Program-made: the position numbers and the translations under genes
The notes under the pieces: model-generated
The model's database searches: none
Told to the model about the DNA's origin: nothing
What the model saw: only the letters and a program-made list of their open reading frames with translations
NCBI GenBank assembly: GCA_965221015.1
Contig: OZ244859.1
Location: 922,046 to 986,045, forward strand
Origin: an uncultured Pseudohongiella sp.
GTDB lineage: Bacteria > Pseudomonadota > Gammaproteobacteria > Pseudomonadales > Pseudohongiellaceae
Length of the DNA: 64,000 bases
Direction: 5' to 3'
In this document: positions 55,590-64,000 of the stretch, one piece after another
Position numbering within the stretch: position 1 is the first letter of the stretch
How the letters are laid out: the number at the start of each line of letters is the position of its first letter

Positions 55590-56758
55590 CCGGGAGCATC
55601 GCGCGGCGCTTGCCGGCGCGCGTGCTGTGCTCCGCGGCCTTGCTGGCCGCGGCCGCCGCCGCGTCCGCGGCGCGGGAGCCGGTCATCCTGTTCGGTCAAT
55701 CCGCGCCGCTCAGCGGCCCCACCCGCGAACTCGGCGAGGGCATGCGGCTCGGCCTGCGCGCCGCATTCGCCGAAATCAACGCCGCCGGCGGCATTCACGG
55801 CCGGCGCTTGCAGCTCGTCTCCCTGGACGACGGCTACGAACCGGAAGCCGCCATCGTCAATACCCGCAGGCTTATCGAAGAAGAACAGGTGTTCGCGCTG
55901 ATCGGCTCCGTGGGCACGCCCACCGCCGCCGCCGCCCAGCCCATCGCCACCGAAGCCGGCGTGCCCTACATCGGCGCTTTCACCGGCGCCGAATTCCTGC
56001 GCGACGCCGAGTCCCTGCCCAATGTGATCAATATCCGCGCCTCTTATTTCCAGGAAACCGAAGAAATGGCCCGGCGCTTGCGCGAAGACCTGAATCTGGA
56101 CGCGGCGAGCATTTTCTTCCAGGACGACTCTTACGGGCGCGCCGGGCTCGCCGGCCTGCGCCGCGCCGTCGCCGGCCAAGGCATGGAAATTGGCGTGGAA
56201 GTGTCCTACCCGCGCAACACCGAGGCGGTGAAGCTGGCGCTGCTCGACCTGCGCCGGGCCGGCGCCGAGGCGGTGGTGATCATCGGCGCCTACCAGCCCG
56301 CGGCGACGCTGATCCGCTGGGCGCGCAAGCTGGATTACAACCCCTGGTTCATCAATATCTCCTTTATTGGCAGCGAAGCGCTGGCCCGCACCTTGGGCGG
56401 CGAGGGCGCCGGCGTTTATGTGACCCAGGTGGTGCCGTTTCCGCAAGACGCCAGCTTGGCGGTGGTGGCCGAATACCAGGCCGCCTTGGGTCTGGTCGAC
56501 CCGGAAGCCAGCGTGGGCTTCATCTCCCTGGAAGGTTATCTGGCCGGCCGGCTGGCGGCGGAAGGTCTGCGCCTGGCGGGCCCGGAACCCGAACCCGCGG
56601 GTTTTCTGCGCGCGCTGAAGAGCGCGGAGGAGATCGACCTGTCCGGCTTCCGCCTGTCCTACGGCTTAAGCGACAACCAGGGATCGGACCAGGTCTACCT
56701 GACGGTGATCGATGAGAACGGAGACTTTGCCTCGGTAAATTCAATCGAGCCCAGATGA
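55586..56758 (+). CDS. Periplasmic substrate-binding protein (type-1 PBP, Leu/Ile/Val-binding-like)
   Basis: The signal peptide is ...LLAAAAAASAA. Then comes 'ILFGQSAPLSGPTRELGEGMRLGLRAAFAEINAAGGIHGRRLQLVSLDDGYEP...ALIGSVGTP'. The start overlaps the upstream stop as ATGA. Confidence 0.8.
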   Translation: MTGSIARRLPARVLCSAALLAAAAAASAAREPVILFGQSAPLSGPTRELGEGMRLGLRAAFAEINAAGGIHGRRLQLVSLDDGYEPEAAIVNTRRLIEEEQVFALIGSVGTPTAAAAQPIATEAGVPYIGAFTGAEFLRDAESLPNVINIRASYFQETEEMARRLREDLNLDAASIFFQDDSYGRAGLAGLRRAVAGQGMEIGVEVSYPRNTEAVKLALLDLRRAGAEAVVIIGAYQPAATLIRWARKLDYNPWFINISFIGSEALARTLGGEGAGVYVTQVVPFPQDASLAVVAEYQAALGLVDPEASVGFISLEGYLAGRLAAEGLRLAGPEPEPAGFLRALKSAEEIDLSGFRLSYGLSDNQGSDQVYLTVIDENGDFASVNSIEPR

Positions 56759-59043
56759 ACGCAGCGGGAAAAAACCTGGCGGGTTCGGCGCTGTCGGCAC
56801 GGCCCGAGATACCCGCGGACGACCATCCGCGGGCGCCGCGGCGCAAGTTTTCGGGCACCATCGCCGCCCGGCTTTCCCTGATCCTGCTTGGCAGCGTGGC
56901 GCTCGTCGCCACGGCCAGCCTGGTGGCCTGGTTCGCCTTGCGCACCACCTTGGGCTACCAGTCGCGCATGGCCGATGTCGACATGCCCAATATTGTGGAT
57001 TCGGTGCAAATCGCGCGCCAGAGCGCGAACCTGGTGAACGGCGCCTTCCGCATCATTTCGGTGCGGACCCGCGGCGAGCATGAAAGCGAGGTTGCCGCGG
57101 TGGAGCGCGAAAAGATCGCGCTGGAAGGCCTCATCCGCAACCTGGAGTCGCGTTCGGAGTTTGGCGATTCCACGGCGCAAATCAGAGCGCACCTGGACAG
57201 CCTCAGCGCGCAACTGGCCTCGATTCAGGACTCCGCCTTCCGGCGTTTGCAAATCGACGAGCGCGTTGCGGTGCTGTCGGCGGAGCTGGCGGAAATCAAC
57301 CGCGGCATCGAATCGGTGCTGGCGCGGGCGATCGACGACCAGGGCTTTTATCTGGTTGAGGGCTTGCGCGACCTGGACGACGCCCCCGCGCCCATGGCCC
57401 AGCGCGCCTCGGAAACCGAGCTCACCGTGTTCCGCAACCTCACCGTGGTCAACCACCAGGCCAGCCTGGCCTTGCTGATGCTGGACGAGATGCTGGTGCT
57501 CAACGACCGCCAATTCCTGCCGCCCATTGAGGAGCGCTTTTCCAGCGCCCTGGACAACGCGCAACGCGCCCATGGCAGATTGCCCGCTTTCCCGCAAATC
57601 GCGACGCTGGCCGCCAGCCTGCAACAGCTCGCGCGTGTTGGCGCGGGCGAAGAGGGCATTATCGAACTGCGCCGCGAAGCGCTGATGCGCCTGGAGCGGG
57701 AGCGGGAGTCCTTGGCCATGGCCCGCGACGCCGCGGCTTTGCTCGATGCCGAAGTCGGCGCCCTTGGCGCATTGATCAACAACAATGCGCTGGCTTCCAG
57801 CGAAGCCGCCCGCGAGTCCGCCGCCAACGGCATCCTGCTGCTGTTCACAATCAATTTGTTCAGCGCCGTGGGCGCGTTCGTGTTCGCCTACTTTTTCGTC
57901 TGGAAATCCCTGGTCCGGCGCCTGACTTCGCTTTCCGGCGCGATGGGCGAGATGTCCCGCGGCGACCTCGAAGTCGCGGTGGACGTCGGCGGCAAAGACG
58001 AAGTTTCGGACATGGCCCAGGCGCTGGAGAAATTCCGCGGCTACGCCCTGGAAGTGCAACGCTTGAACCTGGTGGAAAAGCTGGCCGGGGAACTCGACGC
58101 CAAGAACGAGAGCTTGCAGCAGACCTTGCGCGAGCTGGAGAGGGCCCAGGAGCAGATCATCGCCGAGGAAAAACTCGCATCGCTCGGCCAATTGGCGGCC
58201 GGCATCGCCCACGAAATCAAGAATCCGCTCAATTTCATTGGCAACTTCTCTGAAATCGCGATGGACTTCGGCAAGGAAATCAATGAGTTGCTGGAAGAAC
58301 TCGAGCAATCCGACGCCCGCGAGGACATCCGCGAGATCGTCGCCGAACTCGACCAGAGCCTGAACAAGATTCGCGACCACAGCAAGCGCGCCGACAACAT
58401 CGTGCGCAGCATGCTGGACCATTCCGGCGGCAGGGAAGGCGAATGGCGCGAGATCGACTTGAACGCGGTGCTGAAGCAGTACGTGGAGTTGGCCTATCAT
58501 GCCATGCGCGCGCTGAACACCGGTTTCAATATGGAGTTGGAGACCGATCTCGACCCGGACATGGGCTTGCTGGAAGTGGTGCCCCAGGACATCTCCCGCG
58601 TGTTTTTGAACCTGGCCACCAATGCTTGCCAGGCATTGGATGAAAAGCGCAATGACGGCGATGGTTTCGAGCCGCTGATCCGGATTTCCAGCAAACGCGG
58701 CGAGCGGTTTGCCGAGTTCTCGTTGCGCGACAATGGCCCCGGCATACCGGAGCAAATTCGGCAGAAAATCTTCGAGCCCTTCTTCACCACCAAGGAAGGC
58801 ACCAAGGGCACGGGTTTGGGCCTGTCGCTGACCTCCGATATCCTGCTGCGCCATGGCGGCTCGATCAATGTGGATTCGGAGGAAGGAAAATTCACGGAAA
58901 TGACAATCCGCCTGCCGCTGGAATCGGTGCGCCAGGCCGAGCAACTAGCCGAGCAAGAGGCCGGGCGGGAAGCCGGTCAGCAAGCCGAAGGAGAGGCTGG
59001 GCGGGAAGCCGGGCAGATTGAGTTGGACGCCGATTCGCAGTAA
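56755..59043 (+). CDS. Sensor histidine kinase: TM, ~310-aa periplasmic helical domain, TM, HAMP, DHp, HATPase
   Basis: The H-box is 'AAGIAHEIKNPLNFI', the N-box 'VFLNLATNACQAL', and the G-boxes 'RDNGPGIP..' and 'GTGLGLSL'. There is no receiver domain. The start overlaps the PBP stop as ATGA. Confidence 0.9.
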   Translation: MNAAGKNLAGSALSARPEIPADDHPRAPRRKFSGTIAARLSLILLGSVALVATASLVAWFALRTTLGYQSRMADVDMPNIVDSVQIARQSANLVNGAFRIISVRTRGEHESEVAAVEREKIALEGLIRNLESRSEFGDSTAQIRAHLDSLSAQLASIQDSAFRRLQIDERVAVLSAELAEINRGIESVLARAIDDQGFYLVEGLRDLDDAPAPMAQRASETELTVFRNLTVVNHQASLALLMLDEMLVLNDRQFLPPIEERFSSALDNAQRAHGRLPAFPQIATLAASLQQLARVGAGEEGIIELRREALMRLERERESLAMARDAAALLDAEVGALGALINNNALASSEAARESAANGILLLFTINLFSAVGAFVFAYFFVWKSLVRRLTSLSGAMGEMSRGDLEVAVDVGGKDEVSDMAQALEKFRGYALEVQRLNLVEKLAGELDAKNESLQQTLRELERAQEQIIAEEKLASLGQLAAGIAHEIKNPLNFIGNFSEIAMDFGKEINELLEELEQSDAREDIREIVAELDQSLNKIRDHSKRADNIVRSMLDHSGGREGEWREIDLNAVLKQYVELAYHAMRALNTGFNMELETDLDPDMGLLEVVPQDISRVFLNLATNACQALDEKRNDGDGFEPLIRISSKRGERFAEFSLRDNGPGIPEQIRQKIFEPFFTTKEGTKGTGLGLSLTSDILLRHGGSINVDSEEGKFTEMTIRLPLESVRQAEQLAEQEAGREAGQQAEGEAGREAGQIELDADSQ

Positions 59044-59097
59044 TGTCGGGTTTTGCCGCACGCGGCAAATCCGCAAAAGCCCAAGGAGGCTGGAATT

Positions 59098-59529
59098 GTG
59101 GCCGAACCCGATCTGAGCATTCGCGTCAAAAACGACCTGTCGGAACTGGCGGTGATCGCCGACCAGGTCGACCAGTTTTGCGAACAGCGGGGCATCGCCG
59201 CCACCGTTGCCTACCAGATCAATCTGTCGCTCGATGAATTGCTCACCAACACCATCAATTATGGCTACGCGGACGACGGAGCCTCCCATGAGATTCGGCT
59301 GGATTTGCGTCTGGATGGGGACCAGTTGACGATTACCATAGAAGACGACGCGAAACAGTTCGACCTGACCGGCTCCGACCCGGACAAGGCGGACACCCAA
59401 TCCAGCCTCGACGAACGCACCCCGGGCGGCCTCGGCATCTTCCTGATCCATCAAATGATGGACTCGGTCAACTACCACCGCGAAAACAACCGCAACGTGG
59501 TGCTGCTGACAAAAAAAGTCGAGAGCTAA
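59098..59529 (+). CDS. RsbW/SpoIIAB-like anti-sigma serine kinase (HATPase_c_2-type)
   Basis: 'INLSLDELLTNTINYGY', 'IEDDAKQFD' and 'GGLGIFLIHQMMDSVNY'. The start was set to GTG 59098, which lies 8 nt after AGGAGG. The track ORF starts at 59053. Confidence 0.75.
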   Translation: MAEPDLSIRVKNDLSELAVIADQVDQFCEQRGIAATVAYQINLSLDELLTNTINYGYADDGASHEIRLDLRLDGDQLTITIEDDAKQFDLTGSDPDKADTQSSLDERTPGGLGIFLIHQMMDSVNYHRENNRNVVLLTKKVES

Positions 59530-59530
59530 C

Positions 59531-59988
59531 CCACCACCAAAACTGCTGCGCTTTCTGTCGGCTTCGAGCGGGTCCGCGGGCGGGCGGGGCTTTGCGCTAA
59601 ATCCCGTCTCGACATCCTGTCGAGCCGGGAATCGAATCGGCGTCGCTTAACACATCCCTGTGACGCTCCGCCTCTACGACGCGCAAAGCCCCGCCCGCCC
59701 GCGGACCCTGGCACCAACTGCGCCCTGTTGATCTGGACGTCGAAAAGGATAAGGACTGCCGGCGTTGTGGTGCGGAATTCCCATCGGGTCTCCCGGGCAG
59801 CGAAGCCACACTCCCCCCTTGAGGGGGAGTCGGCAAGGCAAGGGCGCAGCCCGCAGTCGCGCCGGAGGGGGGAACTGAGTTGCGAGTCGGCAAGGTGGTT
59901 GGAGAGACAGTCCAACCGGCGTTCGTGGAGGGCCGCACCTCCCACCAAAACTGCTGCGCAGTTTTGACTCCCCCTCAAGGGGGGAGTG
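59531..59988. repeat. Composite BIME/REP-like region between convergent genes
   Basis: It contains the 139-bp element in inverted internal orientation. It also has a perfect 23-bp inverted repeat, cactccccccttgagggggagtc (59809-59831) / gactccccctcaaggggggagtg (59966-59988). Confidence 0.85.
59570..59708. repeat. 139-bp MITE-like palindromic element, copy 3 (core inverted relative to copies 1-2)
   Basis: It has the same 28-bp arms. The internal sequence is the reverse complement of the core at 6997-7079. Confidence 0.8.
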
Positions 59989-59990
59989 TT

Positions 59991-60335
59991 TTATTCGGAG
60001 CCCAGGGAGGCGAGGGCTTGGTCGCGGTTGGGTTGGATGTTGATGATTTTGTCGAAGCCGCTGACCTCGAAGACTTCGCGGATGGATTTGGAAAGCGAGC
60101 AGAGCATGAACTGCGCGTTGCGGTTCTGCAACAGCTTGGCGGTCATCAGAATCGCGCGCAGGCCCGCCGAGCTGATATAGGTCAGATTCTCCATATCCAG
60201 CACGACCGCCCGGTCCCCGTCTTCGATGGCACCCTTTACGGATTCTTCAAACTGCATTACGTTCGAGCCATCAATGCGGCCTTTGATCATGGCCGATACG
60301 ACGCCATCCTGCCTTTCCAGATTAACCTCTATCAT
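59991..60335 (-). CDS. STAS-domain anti-sigma-factor antagonist (RsbV/SpoIIAA-like)
   Basis: 114 aa with 'VVLDMENLTYISSAGLRAILMTAK' (a phosphorylatable Ser context) and 'FMLCSLSKSIREVFEVSGFDKI'. Confidence 0.85.
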   Translation of the reverse strand: MIEVNLERQDGVVSAMIKGRIDGSNVMQFEESVKGAIEDGDRAVVLDMENLTYISSAGLRAILMTAKLLQNRNAQFMLCSLSKSIREVFEVSGFDKIINIQPNRDQALASLGSE

Positions 60336-60396
60336 TGTTCATGCTCCAACTTTGCTTGATGGAAGCCGGGCGAAGCCGTTCTAACTCGTTGCTCCG

Positions 60397-61662
60397 CTAC
60401 AGGTCCGGATCCTGCAGAACCACGAATTCCGGATAGGCTTCAATACCCAATTCTGCCACGTCTTGCCCGTGGCGTTCGACTTCGAGTGCGACCCTGACGC
60501 CCATCGTTTGCCGGATTGCGGCCCATACCAGCATCGACGCGGCAAACACGAACGCGCCAATGGCCAATATACCCACGACCTGAACGAGCAAATTGCCCCC
60601 GGCCGCGATGCACACCGCAAGCGTACCCCAAATTCCGGCGGCGAGGTGGGCGGAAATCGCCCCCACCACGTCGTCAATCCGCAACTGCTCCAGCAATTTC
60701 ATGCCCAGCGCGCAGATTGCTCCACCGGCTGCGCCAATGATTATAGCCCAATAATGCGCAAGAATATCGGGGCCGGCGGTAATCGACACCAAGCCCGCAA
60801 TCGCGCCGTTCAGGCTAGCCATGAGGTCGACGCGGCCGAAAATCGGCCTCGACAGCGCAATCGCGGCGATGAACCCGCCGCAGGCTGCCAAGTTGGTGTT
60901 CACCAGGATATTGCTGATGGCGACCGCGTCCACCACACCGCTCAGCGCCAGTTGCGAACCGCCGTTGAAGGCGAACCAGCCCAGCCAGAGAATAAAAATG
61001 CCCAGCGTCACCACGGGCACATTCGAGGGCGGTGTGAATTTCACCGTGCCGTCTTCGCGGAACTTGCCGTGGCGCGCGCCGACGATGATCGCTCCGGCCA
61101 AGGCGGCCCAGCCGCCGGTGGAGTGGACCACCGTGGAGCCGGCGAAATCCTGGAAGCCCATCTGGCTCAGCCAGCCGCCACCCCAGGTCCAGGCGCCGAC
61201 CACGGGATAGATCACGCCCGTGAGCACGGCGACAAAAGCGAAAAACGACCACAGCCGCACGCGTTCCGCCAGCGTGCCGGAGACAATCGAAGCGGTGGTG
61301 GCGACGAAAACCATCTGGAAAAACCAGTCGGACATCACCGAATTGCCGTTTTCCATGACCGCGCCCAGCGCGCCCTCGTCGCCGCCGAGCAGGGCCTGTT
61401 CGCTGGAAGAGGTACCGTAGGCGAGGTTGAAAGAACCGACCAGATTGCCCACGTCCACATACATCAGGTTGTATCCGACCAGGAAATACATCAGGCCGGC
61501 GATGGCGTACAGGCCAACGTTTTTCAGGCAAATGACGGAAGCGTTCTTGGTGCGGACCGAGCCGGATTCCAGCATCGTGAATCCGGCGCACATCCACATG
61601 ATCAGCACGCCCCAAACGAGGAAAGCGAAACTGTTCAGAACGAACTGGGTTTCCTGCGCCAT
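60397..61662 (-). CDS. amt: Ammonium transporter (Amt family)
   Basis: 421-aa polytopic protein with 'GFTMLESGSVRTKN', 'FQMVFVATTASIVSGTLAER', 'DFAGSTVVHSTGGWAALAGAIIVG' and 'AHLAAGIWGTL'. Confidence 0.9.
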   Translation of the reverse strand: MAQETQFVLNSFAFLVWGVLIMWMCAGFTMLESGSVRTKNASVICLKNVGLYAIAGLMYFLVGYNLMYVDVGNLVGSFNLAYGTSSSEQALLGGDEGALGAVMENGNSVMSDWFFQMVFVATTASIVSGTLAERVRLWSFFAFVAVLTGVIYPVVGAWTWGGGWLSQMGFQDFAGSTVVHSTGGWAALAGAIIVGARHGKFREDGTVKFTPPSNVPVVTLGIFILWLGWFAFNGGSQLALSGVVDAVAISNILVNTNLAACGGFIAAIALSRPIFGRVDLMASLNGAIAGLVSITAGPDILAHYWAIIIGAAGGAICALGMKLLEQLRIDDVVGAISAHLAAGIWGTLAVCIAAGGNLLVQVVGILAIGAFVFAASMLVWAAIRQTMGVRVALEVERHGQDVAELGIEAYPEFVVLQDPDL

Positions 61663-61755
61663 GGCCTTCGCCCGGAGGTATTTTTCTTATGGCGGCCCTG
61701 CTCCGGCGTCGCGCCGGGGCAGGGCAATACCCGTGCTTTTGTCTCGCCGCCGGAG

Positions 61756-62196
61756 TTAGCGGACGGTTTCCACGCCGATCGTCTGCACCGGCCCCATGCC
61801 GCGGATTTCGACGACCACGGGCTCGCCCCGGGAGCCGTCGTAATGCACCGCGCCGGCGGGGTGGAACATGAATCCGCCCGCCGGAATCGGCGTTGTCCGC
61901 GTCATGTCATGGCTGGCGTCGACCCCCGCGTGCCAGGTTCCCTCGATGACTGTGATGAACCGGTCCTGGTCGTGGTAATGTGGATTGCTGGTGCCGCCGG
62001 CGGGAAAGCGTATGCGCATGATGTACAGCCCCTCTTCCTGGGGGTTGCCGTAGAGGATGTGCGACTGGGTGCGGTCGAGGCTTTCGTCCCATTCGATTTC
62101 GTCCAATTGCACGATGACGAAATCATCCCATTCGGCGGCGAATCCGGCCGGCACGAGCAGTGCCAGCGAAGCGATCAGATAGCGAATCTTTGACAT
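61756..62196 (-). CDS. Secreted cupin-domain protein
   Basis: The start was trimmed to ATG 62196 (MSKIRYLIASLALLVPAGFA, a signal). Cupin motifs are 'GGTSNPHYHDQDRFITVIEG' and 'FHPAGAVHYDG'. Confidence 0.65.
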   Translation of the reverse strand: MSKIRYLIASLALLVPAGFAAEWDDFVIVQLDEIEWDESLDRTQSHILYGNPQEEGLYIMRIRFPAGGTSNPHYHDQDRFITVIEGTWHAGVDASHDMTRTTPIPAGGFMFHPAGAVHYDGSRGEPVVVEIRGMGPVQTIGVETVR

Positions 62197-62339
62197 GGGC
62201 TGGTCCTGTGTTTGTGATTGTGGTTTGCAAGCGCGCGTAAACGCGGCACCTTTTGCCGGACTATATAAGTCCGGCATATGCTTGGCAAGGATTGAACACC
62301 ACTTTAGCGCGAACTGACTGAATCCGGGAGAATCTCGCC

Positions 62340-63890
62340 TTGCTGGAAAAATCCACTCCGGTGATCGTGGGCGCCGGGCAATACATGGAACGGGACCTGG
62401 CGCCGCATGAGGCGCTGCCGCCCATGGCCATCGCGGCCAAGGCCGCCGCCGCCGCTTTGGCCGACACCGGTGTGGACAACGGCTTGAGACAGGCGCTTGC
62501 GTCCCAGATCGACACCTTGGCGGTGGTTCGCATCATCCAGGATTCGCGCAACCGGCCCCGGGACGATGTCGCTTTCGGCCGGGCGGAAAATCCGCCCCGC
62601 GCCGTCGCGCGGCGCATTGGCGCGAATCCGGCCCACGCCATCTATGGCTGCATCGGCGGCGATACGCCGCAAACCCTGGTCAATGAAATCGCCCAGGCCA
62701 TCGCCCGGGGCGAGGTTGGCCTGGCGCTGCTGGCCGGCGGCGAGGCCATCGCCACCGCGCGCGCCGCCATGCGCGCCGGGGTCGGTCTTGACTGGCGTGA
62801 GGAAGACCACGGTTCCCTCGACGACCGCGGCATGGGCGCGCAATTGGCGACCGCGCATGAAATGGCCCACGGCATCGGCATTCCCGTGCAAACCTATCCC
62901 TTGTTCGAAAACGCCATCCGCGCCCGGCACGGCCACAGCGTGGCAGCGCATTTGCGCCACATGGGCGCATATATGGCGCCGTTCAGCCGCGTGGCGAGCC
63001 ACAATCCCTTCGCCTGTTACGGCCAGCTTCACACGGCGGCGGAATTGGCCGAAGTGACCGCCGGGAATCGCTACATCTGCCTGCCGTATCCAAAACTGTT
63101 GAACGCCAGGGACAACGTCAATCAGGGCGCCGCCCTGGTGCTGACTTCGGTGGGCAAAGCCATGGAACTGGGCATCGATCCGAACCGCTGGGTTTACCTG
63201 CACGGCTGCGGCGAAGCGCGGGACAAGCTGGTCGGCGAACGCGCCGACTTCCACGTCTCGCCGGCGATTCGCGCCAATGCCGCCACCGCCTTCGCAATGG
63301 CCGGCAAGTCCGCGGCGGACATGGACTATATCGACCTGTACTCCTGTTTTCCTTCCGCCGTGGAAATCGCCTGCGACGAATTGGGGCTGGACCTGGACGA
63401 CCCCCGCGGCTTGACGGTAACCGGCGGGCTGCCTTTTTTCGGCGGCCCCGGCAACAACTACAGCACCCACGCCATCGCCACCATGGTGAACTTGCTGCGC
63501 GAAAGGCCGGGGAGCTTCGGCCTGGTGACCGCCAACGGTGGCCTGCTTTCCAAGCACGCCACGGGAATCTATTCAACGACGCCGGTTTTCGGCAGCTGGT
63601 CCCAGCCCGACTTCAGCGCCGATCAGGCGGCGGTGGACGCCATGCCCAGCCCCATACTCGCGCAACAGGCGCAAGGCCGGGCATTGGTTGAGACCTACAC
63701 GCTGTGCCACACCCGCGGCGTTCCCGCCCGCGGCATCGTCATCGGCCGCCTGCGCGCCGACGGCCGCCGTTTTCTCGCCAACACCCCAAGCGACCCCGCA
63801 ACCCTAGCCCGCCTCGCCACCCAGGACCAAATGGGCCGCGCCGGCTGGGTCAGCACCACCCCCCAAGGCAACACATTCGTCCCCGACTAA
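62340..63890 (+). CDS. Thiolase-like (SCP2-thiolase/'acetyl-CoA acetyltransferase'-type) protein with a C-terminal extension
   Basis: TTG start. The fold is thiolase-like: 'VIVGAGQ', 'DNVNQGAALVLTS', 'DLYSCFPSAVEIACDELGL' and 'TVTGGLPFFGGPGNNYSTHAI'. About 100 extra C-terminal residues follow. Confidence 0.65.
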   Translation: MLEKSTPVIVGAGQYMERDLAPHEALPPMAIAAKAAAAALADTGVDNGLRQALASQIDTLAVVRIIQDSRNRPRDDVAFGRAENPPRAVARRIGANPAHAIYGCIGGDTPQTLVNEIAQAIARGEVGLALLAGGEAIATARAAMRAGVGLDWREEDHGSLDDRGMGAQLATAHEMAHGIGIPVQTYPLFENAIRARHGHSVAAHLRHMGAYMAPFSRVASHNPFACYGQLHTAAELAEVTAGNRYICLPYPKLLNARDNVNQGAALVLTSVGKAMELGIDPNRWVYLHGCGEARDKLVGERADFHVSPAIRANAATAFAMAGKSAADMDYIDLYSCFPSAVEIACDELGLDLDDPRGLTVTGGLPFFGGPGNNYSTHAIATMVNLLRERPGSFGLVTANGGLLSKHATGIYSTTPVFGSWSQPDFSADQAAVDAMPSPILAQQAQGRALVETYTLCHTRGVPARGIVIGRLRADGRRFLANTPSDPATLARLATQDQMGRAGWVSTTPQGNTFVPD

Positions 63891-63967
63891 CCCCCGCGCC
63901 AGTCACCACGGCCCGCAATATCCAAAAACTCCCACTTCCATGGAATATTCTGGGTGCCAACATTGCC

Positions 63968-64000
63968 AGGGTTCGCGGGCGGGCGGAGCTTTGCGCGTCG
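63968..64000. repeat. Left arm of another copy of the 139-bp palindromic element, cut by the window end
   Basis: gggttcgcgggcgggcggagctttgcgcgtcg matches the arm plus the first core bases of copies 1-2, with 2 mismatches. Confidence 0.6.

Noticed and set aside
50870-63557. Long antisense ORFs opposite well-supported genes. These are 50870..52219 (+), 54333..55580 (-), 55216..56715 (+), 55514..56446 (-), 56695..58944 (-, 749 aa), 60463..62193 (+, 576 aa) and 62304..63557 (-, 417 aa).
   Set aside because: Each lies opposite or out of frame to a gene with clear family motifs. Their translations are R/G/A/H/Q-rich with no motifs. These are typical GC-rich shadow ORFs.
1-64000. Mobile genetic element, prophage or defence island hallmarks: transposase, integrase, recombinase, cas, restriction-modification, toxin-antitoxin, or tRNA/rRNA genes.
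   Set aside because: None of the supported ORFs resembles these. The intergenic gaps are occupied by REP/BIME-like repeats, and I saw no cloverleaf-like tRNA sequence. The scan was by eye only, so small elements could have been missed.

Overview
GC-rich, proteobacterium-like chromosomal window. I could not identify the organism and ran no searches; every family call comes from motifs read in the translations.

The window is dominated by one uninterrupted ~38-kb ORF on the + strand (open from 10127, most likely start 10535, stop 48163), about 12.5 thousand codons. Its parts, in order:
- a Sec-type signal peptide;
- by my manual segmentation, about 56 FN3 modules plus 4 cysteine-containing FN3-like variants;
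- about 17 He_PIG / dystroglycan-cadherin-like Ig modules, cadherin-like Ca-binding repeats and bacterial Ig-like blocks;
- four copies of an unassigned ~155-aa module, each heading a 'super-repeat';
- a ~6.5-copy 648/651-bp tandem array;
- a Gly/Met-rich low-complexity segment;
- a C-terminal autotransporter-type beta-barrel ending ...LLDFRMNF.

No RTX/T1SS signature and no flanking secretion genes are visible. The gene therefore reads as a giant, non-canonical type-V-like surface protein. This is my top candidate for the novel item.

Upstream flank:
- a truncated beta-propeller gene;
- three tandem paralogous membrane-anchored proteins built from 33-bp (11-residue) repeats;
- an NHL-repeat protein, a NupC-type nucleoside transporter and an M28 lipoprotein peptidase;
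- a minus-strand operon of EF-hand protein, ECF sigma factor, putative anti-sigma factor and CpxP/Spy-like periplasmic protein, divergent from the giant gene.

Downstream flank:
- a thiolase;
- a probable selenoprotein that the ORF track splits at an in-frame TGA (U-G-S-C motif), and a thioredoxin-fold fusion protein;
- an NfeD/SPFH pair;
- a response-regulator-PP2C / periplasmic-binding-protein / histidine-kinase / RsbW-like operon with a convergent STAS protein (partner switching);
- AmtB-type transporter, a cupin and a thiolase-like protein.

At least seven intergenic regions carry a modular BIME/REP-like repeat family, including a 139-bp element with 28-bp terminal inverted repeats. I saw no tRNA/rRNA, CRISPR array, transposase, integrase or phage genes.
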